The position numbers and the translations under genes are program-made. Source: Azolla caroliniana (lineage: Eukaryota > Plantae > Polypodiophyta). From it: 64,000 nucleotides of DNA. The notes under the pieces are model-generated. The model ran no database searches, was not told where the DNA came from, and saw only the letters and a list, made by a program, of their open reading frames with translations. Below are positions 10,731 through 21,195 of this stretch, one piece after another. Every line of letters starts with the position of its first letter. Within the stretch, counting starts at the first letter, position 1. Where the stretch lies: positions 12,896,001-12,960,000 of the forward strand of contig JBHGNT010000004.1 of assembly GCA_043228905.1 (NCBI GenBank). The letters are read 5' to 3'.

Positions 10731-12494
10731 GGACCTGTCTCCCAACAAACTCCCCCTTCGCTCCGATATGGGGTGTCTTACCAGTCCGATTCTCTTCCGG
10801 CATGCATCTAGCTTGTCGGGTATCAGCACTTTGGTCAGCATATCTGACCCGTTCTCGGCCGTGTGGATCTTCATCAGCGTGAACTCTTGGTCATCTACTC
10901 TTTCCCAGATCCAGTGATACCTCCGCTGGATATGCTTCGTCCGGGAATGGTAGGCTGCATTCTTCGCAAGGTGGATGGCACTTTTATTGTCGCAATAGAG
11001 TCGGTATTCATCTTGCCGAATACCGAGCTCTCCGATGAAGTCCTTCATCCATAAGATTTCCTTGCCGGTTTCCACAGCCGCCATGTACTCCGCCTCTGTG
11101 GTTGACAATGCAACCGTCTTCTGCAGCCTCGATTGCCACAAAACAGCTCCCCCTGCATATGTCATTACATACCCGAATGTAGACCGGCTGGTATCCACAT
11201 CAGCCGACATGTCCGAGTCGGTGAAACCATCAAGTTGAGGTCTTCCGGAGCCGAATCGGAGACACATATTTGAAGTGCCCTTCAAATACCGGAGTATCCA
11301 TTTGACAACGTTCCAGTGCTCCTTGCCGAGATTGCTCATAAACCGGCTCACCACTCCGACTGCGTACCCTATATCTGGTCGAGTACACACCATTACGTAC
11401 ATCAAGCTCCCGACGGCAGAGGCATATGGAATCTTCATCATATCCGCCTTCTCTTCTTTTGTCTTCGGGCTTTGCTTACCGGATAGCCTACAGTTTGCCG
11501 GAAGTGTCGATCCGACCGGTTTCGCTTCTAACATGTTGAACCGGTGAAGCACCTTTGTCACGTACTTCTCCTGTGACAGCCATAATTGCTTCTTTGACCG
11601 GTCCCGAATGATGTGCATCCCCAACACCTGTCTTGCCGGACCCAAGTCTTTCATTGAGAAGGTCCGGTTGAGAGCCTTCTTCAGCATCCGTATTTTGACT
11701 TGGTCACGTCCGACGATCAACATGTCATCCACGTACAGAAGGAGTATCAGGAAGTCACCTCCTTCGAACTTCTTCACAAACACACAGTGATCGGCCTGCG
11801 TCTTGTGGTACCCTTGATCGGTCATGAAGGGATCGAACTTCCGGTACCATTGTCGGGGAGCCTGCTTTAGTTCGTACAGGTTATTCTTCAACCGGCATAC
11901 CAGGTGCTCCTTCCCTTTCTCCACAAATCCTTCCGGTTGCTGCATGTAGATCTCCTCTTCGAGGTCGCCGTGAAGGAATGTCGTCTTCACGTGCAGCTGC
12001 TCTACCTCAAGGTCCATGCTTGCCGCTATACTCAGCACCGTCCGGATGGAGGTCATCTTTACAACCGGGGCAAATATCTCGTCAAAGTCCACGCCCTTCT
12101 TCTGCTGGAACCCCTTCACCACGATCCTGGCTTTGTATCTCGGGGGGTTGTCGGCATCTCCCGGTTTCAACTTGTACACCCACTTGTTTCGGAGTGCCCG
12201 CTTTCCTTTCGGCAACTCCACCAATTCGTACGTATGGTTCTCATGCAGGGAATCCATCTCATCCTGCATGGCACTTAACCATTTTTGGTTGTGGGTGTCA
12301 TCCTTCGCTTCTTCAAAGCTTTCCGGCTCCCCCTCATCGGTCAGCAGAACATGCTCTGCATTCGGAAATCTCCGGGGGGCCCTTCTTTCTCTGAGAGGAT
12401 ATCTCCATCTTCGGGCTTCGGTAACCGGCTCCTCCACTTGCTCTTCATCCGAATCCGATTCGGGGTCTTGGCCGGTTCCGGTTTCAGCTTCCAC
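10638..12494 (-). CDS. Copia C RT-RNase H open frame (runs on into the LTR)
   Basis: YKARIVVKG, LLYVDDML, ALSTTEAEY, TKHIQRRYH. The first catalytic Asp is replaced (QLHVKT instead of QLDVKT). Confidence 0.88.
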   Translation of the reverse strand: MEAETGTGQDPESDSDEEQVEEPVTEARRWRYPLRERRAPRRFPNAEHVLLTDEGEPESFEEAKDDTHNQKWLSAMQDEMDSLHENHTYELVELPKGKRALRNKWVYKLKPGDADNPPRYKARIVVKGFQQKKGVDFDEIFAPVVKMTSIRTVLSIAASMDLEVEQLHVKTTFLHGDLEEEIYMQQPEGFVEKGKEHLVCRLKNNLYELKQAPRQWYRKFDPFMTDQGYHKTQADHCVFVKKFEGGDFLILLLYVDDMLIVGRDQVKIRMLKKALNRTFSMKDLGPARQVLGMHIIRDRSKKQLWLSQEKYVTKVLHRFNMLEAKPVGSTLPANCRLSGKQSPKTKEEKADMMKIPYASAVGSLMYVMVCTRPDIGYAVGVVSRFMSNLGKEHWNVVKWILRYLKGTSNMCLRFGSGRPQLDGFTDSDMSADVDTSRSTFGYVMTYAGGAVLWQSRLQKTVALSTTEAEYMAAVETGKEILWMKDFIGELGIRQDEYRLYCDNKSAIHLAKNAAYHSRTKHIQRRYHWIWERVDDQEFTLMKIHTAENGSDMLTKVLIPDKLDACRKRIGLVRHPISERRGSLLGDRSLRMRSTRLRRAGWCRPGMNRMRSTRLRRAG

Positions 12495-12550
12495 TACTTC
12501 TTCTTCAGCCTGTTCGGTATCCTCACCGTAACCGGCTGGTCCCTCGAGTG

Positions 12551-13444
12551 CTAACCGGTCTCTTGCCGGTTGGGTCTGCTCATCGTAGAGTCGATCCTTA
12601 CCAGTCGACTCGTTCCCTTCCGGTCCGGCCCCCTCCGGTCTTTACCGTTCCGGTCCGGGGTCCGCTTCGAATCGGTACCGTCGGTCTCCTTATCTTTTCG
12701 GAAATGCCAACAGTTCTTTTGGAAGTGTCCCGGCTTGCTGCAATAGAAGCAAGTGGGCCTCCCCCTTGACTTTGATCGTGTCCCCGACTTCTCCCGGTTC
12801 TGGGGACTACGGTTTCTATGTCTTCCGCGTTCCGATTTGGTAAGGAGCGCTTTGGAGTCGGAGCTCGTATCTTTATCTTTCCGACGCGCCTCCTCATCTA
12901 GCAAGCTCGACTTTACTCTTGCTAGGGATAACCGCTTTCCTTCCGGCCCGGCGTTGCCCAAAGTGACAACCAACGTCTCCCAGCTATCCGGGAGGGAACC
13001 GAGCAGGAGTAGCGCTAGTACCTCGTCGGCGAGAGGTACTTCCAATGAAGTTGCCTGGTGAATCAACCCCTGGAAGGCATTCATGTGCTCCGCCATGCTG
13101 GAGCCATCTTGGTACCGGAGTCTTACTAGCTTCCGGAATACCGAAACCTGATTAACAACATTTTTGTTTTGAAACATTATGTCGATCTTCTCCCAGAGCT
13201 CATGAGCCTTGCTCTCCTCATTGAAGTTGTTGTACAGGCTCATGTCGATGAAGCACCGTATGTACGCCGTTGTCTTCATGTGCATCACCTCCCATATCGC
13301 GGCGTCGATTTTGTCCGGTCTCTTGTCCCCGAACTGAACCGGCAGCCAGAGGTCTTTAACCACGAGCATGTCCCTCATCTTCGACTTCCACACTGAATAG
13401 TTGGAGCCGGTGAGCTTGAACATGCCGCCAAACGAATCGTCCAT
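12551..13444 (-). CDS. Copia C gag
   Basis: KLTGSNYSVW N-terminus, LLGSLPDSWE, zinc knuckle CFYCSKPGHFQKNC. Closely similar to gag at 32634-33380. Confidence 0.9.
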   Translation of the reverse strand: MDDSFGGMFKLTGSNYSVWKSKMRDMLVVKDLWLPVQFGDKRPDKIDAAIWEVMHMKTTAYIRCFIDMSLYNNFNEESKAHELWEKIDIMFQNKNVVNQVSVFRKLVRLRYQDGSSMAEHMNAFQGLIHQATSLEVPLADEVLALLLLGSLPDSWETLVVTLGNAGPEGKRLSLARVKSSLLDEEARRKDKDTSSDSKALLTKSERGRHRNRSPQNREKSGTRSKSRGRPTCFYCSKPGHFQKNCWHFRKDKETDGTDSKRTPDRNGKDRRGPDRKGTSRLVRIDSTMSRPNRQETG

Positions 13445-14303
13445 GTTCTGTGTCGTTTCGCTCTGATACCACTTGTCGGGAACTAAACGCTCCCTCTACG
13501 CAACGCTCGGCCACAACCGAGCTTAGGATCATACACAGAAAACGGGAAATAAATGCACGACACAAAGGAGAGAAAAGGTAGACAGGATGTTTACGTGGAA
13601 AACCCAAACTAAGGGAAAAACCACGGCAGCCCACAGGCTGCAAACTATCACTATGTTGGAATGTACAAACAGTGAGTTCACGGAGGCAACGACCTCGTGC
13701 TCACGATCTTCGCCACAGGCGGCGGTTACAACAGAGGCAGCAACCTCTTTCTCTCTCTCTCTCTGTACACTGTTACGCGCTCTAATCTCGTGCAAAACAG
13801 AAATGACAACGACCACTAAAAGTTTGCCCTAAGTCATATTTATACTAATATGACTTTTCGGCTATTTACAAATATAGCCTCGATGGACTCTCAGAAACAT
13901 ATTTACAAATATGTCTCTTCATCCGGTTCTTCACCGGGTCTGTATCATCCGGCTCTCTGTAGCCAGGTATTCCTCATCCGGTTCATACCGGGTCGGCACC
14001 ATCCGGCTCTCCGTAGCCGGGTACTCCTCATCTGGTCTTCACCGGGTCTGCACCATCCGGCTCTCCGTAGTCGGGTACTCCTCATCCGGTCTTCACCGGG
14101 TCTGCACCATCCGGTTCTCCGTAGCCGGGTACTCCTCATCCGGTCTTCACCAGGTCTGTATCATCCGGCTCTCCGTAGCCGGGTACTCCTCATCCGGTTC
14201 ATACCGGGTCTACACCATCCGGCTCTCCGTAGCCGGGTACTCCTCATCCGGAGGGACCTGTCTCCCAACACGATCCCCTCATCTTCTACTCCTCTGCCGC
14301 CTG

Positions 14304-14321
14304 TTCACGTCGGGTTCACCA
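14304..14321 (-). promoter_or_regulatory. Primer binding site of B, complementary to tRNA-Trp
   Basis: The plus strand reads TTCACGTCGGGTTCACCA, matching the 3' 18 nt of plant cytosolic tRNA-Trp(CCA) as I recall it. It lies 6 nt from the LTR end. Confidence 0.85.
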
Positions 14322-14997
14322 AATAGATGTCGTGTTGTTACGCGCGTGCGTGGAGAACAAGGCGGGACCACTGAGGTCTTGGACCGAGGAATAGGTGAGA
14401 GAAGGGAGAGAGAGAGAGACACGCTCACACACGTATAGACAAAGAAGTGCACGGGAACGCGGTCCAACGACACAAGAGACACGAGTTGAACGGGGAATAG
14501 AGTATAAGAACACCAGTGTATGTATATAAAATAAGTATGCAGACGACGCAAACGGTTACAACCGATCAGGCCGGCTAGATGGATACCAACGCCTGACCAC
14601 CCACGCGCGTAGGGGTGCAAGATGGAGACTCTGCCGGAAGCACACGGGCGTTCCACGGAGTAGAATCAGCCTCTCGAGAACCTGCGCACAAGAAAGCTAC
14701 GGAGAATGATAGAGAAGTGCTCGGTCCCAGTCCAACAGCACTTCGTCCCCTCTCGCGCGTGATCCCCCCGTCTCCCTCTCTTTTATAGCTCAAGGAGGGA
14801 GACTGTTTTCACCCGTATACATCACATTAATTCTCTGTCCTTTCGGACAGAGACACTCCTCGATTCTCCCTATGGAATATTGCTACCTAGGGTTTGACTT
14901 TGTGCCCACCTATCTACTATACAACAGGGGCGTGCCCACGTGCAAGGCCGGTTCACACACACTTTGTGCCCGGGGACGGTTTTCCTCACGACATCGT

Positions 14998-16334
14998 GTG
15001 AGTCGAGAATGAGTCGGCCCTCTTTTTCGATGAAGCAACCGCCTTGATTAAATCGAACTTGCATCCCTTGCTCTACAATTTGGCCGATGGAGACCAAATT
15101 CTTTGTAATGGTCGGTACAAGCAAGACATTTTTAATGTAATTTTGCTTAACTTCTTTTCCGAACGGAACATTGCCAATGTGCCGAATCAGGTGCGTAGTG
15201 TCGTCTCCGGTTTCGACATAGCTGGGTTGGTCCGGCTCTCGAAGTTCTTGGAACCATTCTTGATGCGATGTCATATGGTTCGAGGCACCAGAATCGACGA
15301 ACCATACGTCTTCCGGACCGGAGGCACTAGTTGAGGTAGAGGCTGACATAGAGTTTGCTCTATGTTTCATCATGAACATTCCGCCACGATCTTCGTAGTC
15401 ATAGTTGTGCCCGTACATTCCGCTATACTCTTCGTAGTCGGAATTGTGTGCATAATTCATGAGTTGTCGGCTTGTGGAAGTCGTTTCGCGCATCTTCTTT
15501 GGCACGCTTGTTCATGGTGGCCGAGCTTTCTGCAATATCTGCATTTGGTTGCGTTTTGACGGCTCGGGCCGGAGTGGAAGCCCCCCCTTCTTGCGAAGGT
15601 TCCTCGTTGGCTTCCGTTTTGTGGTCGAAATTGGGAGTTGTTGTCGTAGGTCGGACCTCGTCCGCCTTGTCCTTGGCCGAATCGCCCTCTCGCTCGTCCG
15701 CGTCCTCTTCCTCCGTTTGAGTGTGTGTAGAGCATATGGCCTTCCGACTCATTGCTCCTTGTACGCATGTGGTTTTCTTTGACCAATAGCATTGATTTCG
15801 AGCTTGAAGGAGGGAGATTTCTCCCTTGCTAGAACGGCGGTTCGCATCGCGCCGAACCGTGGTGCGAGGCCGCCGGGGCATATTTGCACCATCTCATCAT
15901 CATCTTTACTTACGCTTATCGAGCCGAGCGAGTCGCAAAGCTCCTTGATCTTCACGGTGTATGTCGTGATGGACATGTCCCATTGTTGAATGTTGTTCAA
16001 CTCTTGGCAGAGTTGAAGCCTTCTTGCGGTTGTGTTCGCCGCGAAAATCTTTCGTAGATTTTCCCATGCCTCCTTCAGCGTCTTGGCTTCGCGAATGTAG
16101 CGGAGCATGTGATCGTGAACACATGTCGCCAAGCAATACATCATGCGGCTTGCGGCTTGCTCCCATGTCGCGTATCTGGGAGCCGCTTCGGTAGGTCGGT
16201 CTTCGTGCTCTCCTTTGATGTAGCTCTAATAGCCTTGTCCGACAAGGTATTGGTGCATCTTGTACTCCCAAGATGTGAAGTTGTTTCGATCCAACTTCTC
16301 GGTAGGGAGAGCGCTCCCCATTTGAGTATTCATT
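14998..16334 (-). pseudogene. Copia A gag and protease, disrupted
   Basis: AWENLRKIF, knuckle CRYCRKLGHHEQAC, protease WFVDSGASNHMT; frameshifts present. Confidence 0.9.
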
Positions 16335-16501
16335 ATGTCGATTCTTCTTCTTCTTCTTCTTCTTCTTCTCTCTTCAAATGCGAGCTATGTTGCAAAGCTA
16401 CGATAGAGATGAGCCGGTTCTTGGTCGTCGGCGTAGAGCACAACACACGATCACGATGAGGAGAATGGGCTAGATCTAGCTACCAAATCGCTCTGATACC
16501 A

Positions 16502-16898
16502 TGTAAAGAATCGGATATGATTCTTGTGAAGCGGAAGAGATGTGAGTTATGTGTGTGTATGAGAGAGTGAGAGAGAGTGAGAGAGAGACAATGAGTAAGA
16601 CACAGAGAATATGGAAGGGAAAAGGGTATTAACAAAGGAGAAAGAAAGACTTAATGTTTTACAAAGAGGGAGGAGGGTGCTTTATATAGTCACCCTCTCT
16701 CTTCATTAACTACAAGACTCATGGAGCATGGGGAATGTGAAAGCTCATAAGTTATGTGTCATAGAATATGATTTTATGACTCATACTAAATGCTAGAATA
16801 CAAAGTGGCGACTTAATGGTGACTCTTGACGGTTGGAGTGTCTATTCACTCTCAAGGTGAGTTCACACACTAGACCAAGTTGAGCTTGATTCTCAACA
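16502..16898 (-). repeat. 5' LTR of copia A
   Basis: Adjacent to the Met PBS. TATA-like rc CTATATAAAG near 16680. Confidence 0.95.
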
Positions 16899-17421
16899 GT
16901 TACCGACACCCAAAACTCACATGACAGCTCCCAAACCTTACGCTTGGGTCAACATCTACAGAACTTTCGCTGAAGGTTCCCAGAAAGATCAAACTACTAC
17001 ATTGAGCGTACGCAAATACCTAACCAAGGCTCAAGGTTGGCACAAAGGCGTTGCCGAATTTTGGGTACCTACATATAGTCAGGTCCGCACAGCCCCCAAA
17101 CTAAGACAATCCCCGATAAAATCAACACCAATGACCTCGAGCATCGCTACCTCCTCCAACAATCTACTATGGGTCATCATCCATGGCACCTTCGCCAATG
17201 ACACCTAGAAACAACACGCCGCTAGGTGGGGAGTTCATAATACACTCACCAGAGCACAAGGTTGGCACATTGGGGCCACCCAATTTTGGGTCCCCATATG
17301 TAACCGAGTACCCAACCCAACCCCATCCTCACTCACTATACCGATGTTGATCTCCACACTCACGCCATGCCCGACAACCCCACACACCATGCAACCCCCC
17401 ACACACGGTGCCCCCCCCCCC

Positions 17422-18396
17422 TTATCTACCCTTCCGAACGTTAATAGATGCAAGCGCCTCACATATACTCTTTATTTTGAGGGCATACTCAGTAACTGTC
17501 ATTTTTCCTTTTTCCAATGTGTTCAACTCAGTTTTCAACTTATGTTTTCTAGCCTTTGTATTTACTGCAAACTGTTTCACCAAACTACCCCAAGCTTCCT
17601 TTGGGAGTAGAGCATCTTGTATATGTCCAAGCATCGAATCTATGATGCTAAGTGATAGCCAATGCAACACTTTTCTAGCTCCGTGATTCCAATCTTTGTA
17701 TGCCTTGAATTGTGCAGTTGTTGCATTTTCTTCAGGGATCTCTAGAGCCTCTTCTAGGTCTCCTTCAACATACTCCCAATACCCTTTTCCCATCAAAAAT
17801 TTTGACATTCTGAATTTTCACGGAAGAAAATTGTTTTTATCATGGTTTTCAATAACTATTTGGCTTCCATTTTTCGTTACCATCTCTAATTTAAACTCAC
17901 CACTTCACGGTGATTGAGTCCAGTAGACAACTCTCCTTTACCCTAGCAAACAGGGCAATATTCTCAATTCTGCGATGTTTCTATGTCTGTAATCTTCAGG
18001 TAGTTTTTTTCTCCTCTTCTCTAGTAGTAACCTGCTATGATACCATGTTAACAATTTGCTAAGGCTATTCTCTATGCAATAACAGACAAAGGCTAGAAAA
18101 CATAAGTTGAAACAGTTTGGTTCACTTAGTTCAAGAGAAAGGGAGAGGAGGAGATGCACCTATGAAGCAGCCAAAAACCTTATTTTTTTCTCAGTTAAGG
18201 ATAATTAGTGACTTATATAATGCTAATACCTTGTATTATCAGTTTCAGATTTATAACTTTACATAACCACTTCGAGGTTGACCTATACTACTAGCTAACG
18301 TCGTTATTATAGTAGATATTTCACCTAATAACTACTGTGAACAATCACAAATGCTGATAGTCTAAAAACTGTTTTTGTTGAGCTTGTTTCTCAAGA
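17422..18396 (-). mobile_element. Truncated AT-rich copia remnant (gag fragment, PBS and LTR)
   Basis: ORF 17422..17808 resembles gag of A and E (GKGYWEYVEG, KEAWGSL). PBS-like GCTATGATACCA at 18034-18045. LTR at about 18046-18396 ends TTGAGCTTGTTTCTCAAGA, like the A LTR. Confidence 0.75.
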
Positions 18397-19211
18397 TTAA
18401 GCAAGCAAGAATCTAAATATTGACTTGCGAAAGTCAACAACTAAAGGGACCTAGAAAATTCGATCAATGTTTTGACTCTCTCTCCTTGACAATGTCCGAC
18501 TTTGGATCCCATCATATACCAACTATCTCTCAACGAAGGTTATTCGTACAGGGAAAGAGGATGTGTAAATATACATGTGCTTTTTGAACCCTCGACCTAT
18601 ATCCCTCACAATTTTGAGATCTAGCAACTAATGAAGTATCAAGGGCTTATTGATGTATTTGATAAATGGAAGATTAGCATCCTCTTGGTGTAACAATTGC
18701 ATATTTGTCCTATTGATCTTCAACCAAGGAAGAAGTAGCAATGGGGATATCATTGAAGTTAGAGGCCCTCCAAGGGTATATCTATCTTGGATGTCGGACG
18801 GGAAAAAACACGCATGGGTCGATGACGAGACGAGCAGGCAAGTAGACATGCGGAGACGCTAGGGTTCCAACCCCATGGAGATCAATAAATTGGAGCGTGC
18901 GTTTCTCTCTCTCTCTCTCTCTCTCTCTAGAGGTGCAAGTAGACTACGAACCACAATCCCGCTAAATTTCTGGAAGCCCCTCCTCCCTGCATGAAGTTGT
19001 CCAGAATCACTTTCATGGATGGGTGGGTATTAGATCTGATGTGGATATATATGGACGCTTTAGTTTAGAGCCAAGGCACATATAAGAATGAGAGACAACA
19101 ACCTACCTTTGGTCCAAGCGCAGCAAAACAATGAATGAATGAAACGAGGACGACCAATATGAATATATTATAGAATGTACTGAAATTATTAAATTCTAAG
19201 GGAATGGAGGA

Positions 19212-19311
19212 NNNNNNNNNNNNNNNNNNNNNNNNNNNNNNNNNNNNNNNNNNNNNNNNNNNNNNNNNNNNNNNNNNNNNNNNNNNNNNNNNNNNNNNNN
19301 NNNNNNNNNNN
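19212..19311. other. Assembly gap (100 N)
   Basis: A run of exactly 100 N, typical of a scaffold join of unknown size. Confidence 0.99.
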
Positions 19312-19437
19312 ATACATACATACAAACGCACGAAAAATAATTTCTCCGTCTCTCTCTCTCTCTCTTGCAGGGATCTTCATTCTTTGCCATATTTCCGTGT
19401 CTTTTTATGGACGTAAAGAGGTGAATTCTGTCCTTTA

Positions 19438-20310
19438 ATGGGCGGTGTAGATGATTGTGGTTCACCGCCTTCAAAACGTTTGAAGCATTTGGCACATATT
19501 TTTGCAGAAGAACCGTCTCCATCTTTGCTAAGCTTTAATCCATCTATGGCCAGATCAATATACCACACAGAATCCTTTTCTTCTTCCTCGTCATCATTGA
19601 AATCTTCATCTTTGTCCTCTTCTTCTTCTTTGCTTCCATCTGTTCATCCAGAGATTGAAGAAACTTTGCTTGGGGTCAATGGTCTAATCCGAAAGACAGA
19701 ATTTGTGAGAGTGATAACACAATCCTTGTATTCTTTAGGTTATTGTAAATCAGCCTCTCTTCTAGAGCAAGAATCTGGAATTCCATTACAATCTCAAGCC
19801 ATTTCGAGTTTTCAAAACCTTATTCTTGAAGGAAAATGGGATGAGAGCATAGATTCTTTGAAGAATCTCGAAATTGAAGACACAAAGAATCTAAATTCTG
19901 CAGCTTTGCTCATTTTGGAGCAGAAATATATTCATCATTTAAAGAAAGGAAACATATCTGAAGCTCTTAAAACACTTCGAAATGAGATCGCTCCTTTGCA
20001 AACGGATAAAGAAAAGCTTCATTCTATGGCATCTTGTTTGATATGTCCGGATAGAATCGAAACTCTTCATTCAGTTGTCAGAAAGAATTCCAATTCTTGT
20101 GTTGATTTTCGACATAAAATCTTAGAAATTCTCCAAGGGATTCTATCACCTTCTGTTATGATACCGGAGAGGAGATTGGAGCATCTTTTGGAACAATGTT
20201 TGAAGGACCAAATGAACGCTTGCACTTATCACAATTCTTCAGATCAGACCGTATCCCTCTTGACTGATCATCAGTGTCATAGAGATCAACTTCCAACTCA
20301 AACAATTCAG
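19438..20310 (+). CDS. WDR26: WDR26 homolog, coding exon 1 (NLS-like PPSKRLK, Ser-rich tract, LisH, CTLH)
   Basis: IRKTEFVRVITQSLYSLGY (LisH), ILEGKWDES and ILEQKY (CTLH), IPERRLEHLLEQ. GT donor at 20311, phase 0. Confidence 0.93.
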
Positions 20311-21195
20311 GTTCTTATTTCTGAGATATATGTTTGTCTGAGATAAGTGAATATTAGAAAATCATACTTTTGGACAGTTTAGGAACCCTTTAGTTGAGTT
20401 TTGCAGTATCGTAATGTTAGATCATCTGTTAAAAACACAGCATGCTAGTACCAATGTTTGCTGTTTTCCAGTATCTTTATGTGAGATCATCTGTTAAACG
20501 CACCAAGCTAGTATCAATGTTCGTTTCACAAAGCAATTATGTTGTTGCATGTATTTTGCCATCCTTTGATATTGGATTCTCCAGGGACACAATGTGTTAC
20601 TTGAATTGCTTGCAATATTTCATAAATAAAATATGTTTGTTGAATGTGTTTTTCAATACAGCTACCAAATCCAGGCTTATAGGAGTGTATTTCACTTATT
20701 CATGGTGAATTTAGTTTCTTTGATTGGACTGAATGAATCTACATAGTGTATGCGCAAATGCAACAAAAATTTCTATCAATATAAGGTGCTGGCTTAGCAC
20801 CCCTCTTCACTGGCATAGAGGGAACACACATTTTCCTATATTGCAGGTAAAACAAATGGATGCATCCATTGTTCGACAATCAAGTAGATCACCTCTTGCT
20901 ATATCTTGACAAGGTGCATTTGTCGAATATTCTGTGATACTTTTTGTTTTGGAAGGGGGTCAGTGTTTAACCTCCTGTCTTCTGGAAATATCCACTGCTG
21001 CCAAAGAGTTTACACAGAGATGTGCTTATTCTTGTAAGACAAAACTCTGGCATAGAACATGCATGAAAGGCATAGGACATCATACAACAGGATCATAGAA
21101 ACTTTTTGACCCAAGAACAAAATTTGCAAAGAAGGTCAATACGTTTGACACTTGATACATCTAAAACCAGGATAAAATAGAATTTATACACTTTC

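Larger units (their letters stand above)
10003..14270 (-). mobile_element. Ty1/copia element C (Tnt1/Tork-like), internally deleted, nested at the start of B gag
   Basis: LTRs at 10003-10747 and 13474-14270. TSD CGACC/CGATC. Met PBS at 13460-13471. PPT rc AAGGGGGAGTT at 10748-10758. gag joins directly to the pre-RT linker. Confidence 0.94.
3864..14993 (-). mobile_element. Ty3/gypsy non-chromovirus (Phygy/Selgy-like) element B, nested in copia A
   Basis: LTRs at 3864-4329 (internally deleted) and 14328-14993 (TGTCGTG...CACGACA). 4-bp TSD TCAT/TCGT. tRNA-Trp PBS at 14304-14321. RT motifs DLYSGY, LPQGGTNS, FLDD. Order PR-RT-RH-INT with no chromodomain. The lineage label is an inference. Confidence 0.93.
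319..16898 (-). mobile_element. Ty1/copia LTR retrotransposon A, full-length and decayed, outermost element of the nest
   Basis: LTRs at 319-709 and 16502-16898 (TG...CA). TSD GTTAC at 314-318 and 16899-16903. tRNA-iMet PBS (rc TGGTATCAGAGC) at 16490-16501. PPT at 710-724. Domain order gag-PR-INT-RT-RH on the minus strand. Confidence 0.96.

Noticed and set aside
10381-10917. ORFs with 18-aa repeats (also 13850-14438)
   Set aside because: They are translations of the 54-bp LTR tandem repeat, open in several frames.
14304-14321. tRNA-Trp gene
   Set aside because: Only the 3' 18 nt including CCA are present, next to an LTR, so it is a PBS.
18400-19211. WDR26 promoter or 5' exon
   Set aside because: It is separated from the gene by a gap of unknown size, and no reliable motif was seen.
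20311-20346. ORF-track C-terminal tails of WDR26 exons (VLISEIYVCLR; also 24101-24145)
   Set aside because: These are intron read-through; canonical GT-AG sites give a continuous WDR26 protein.
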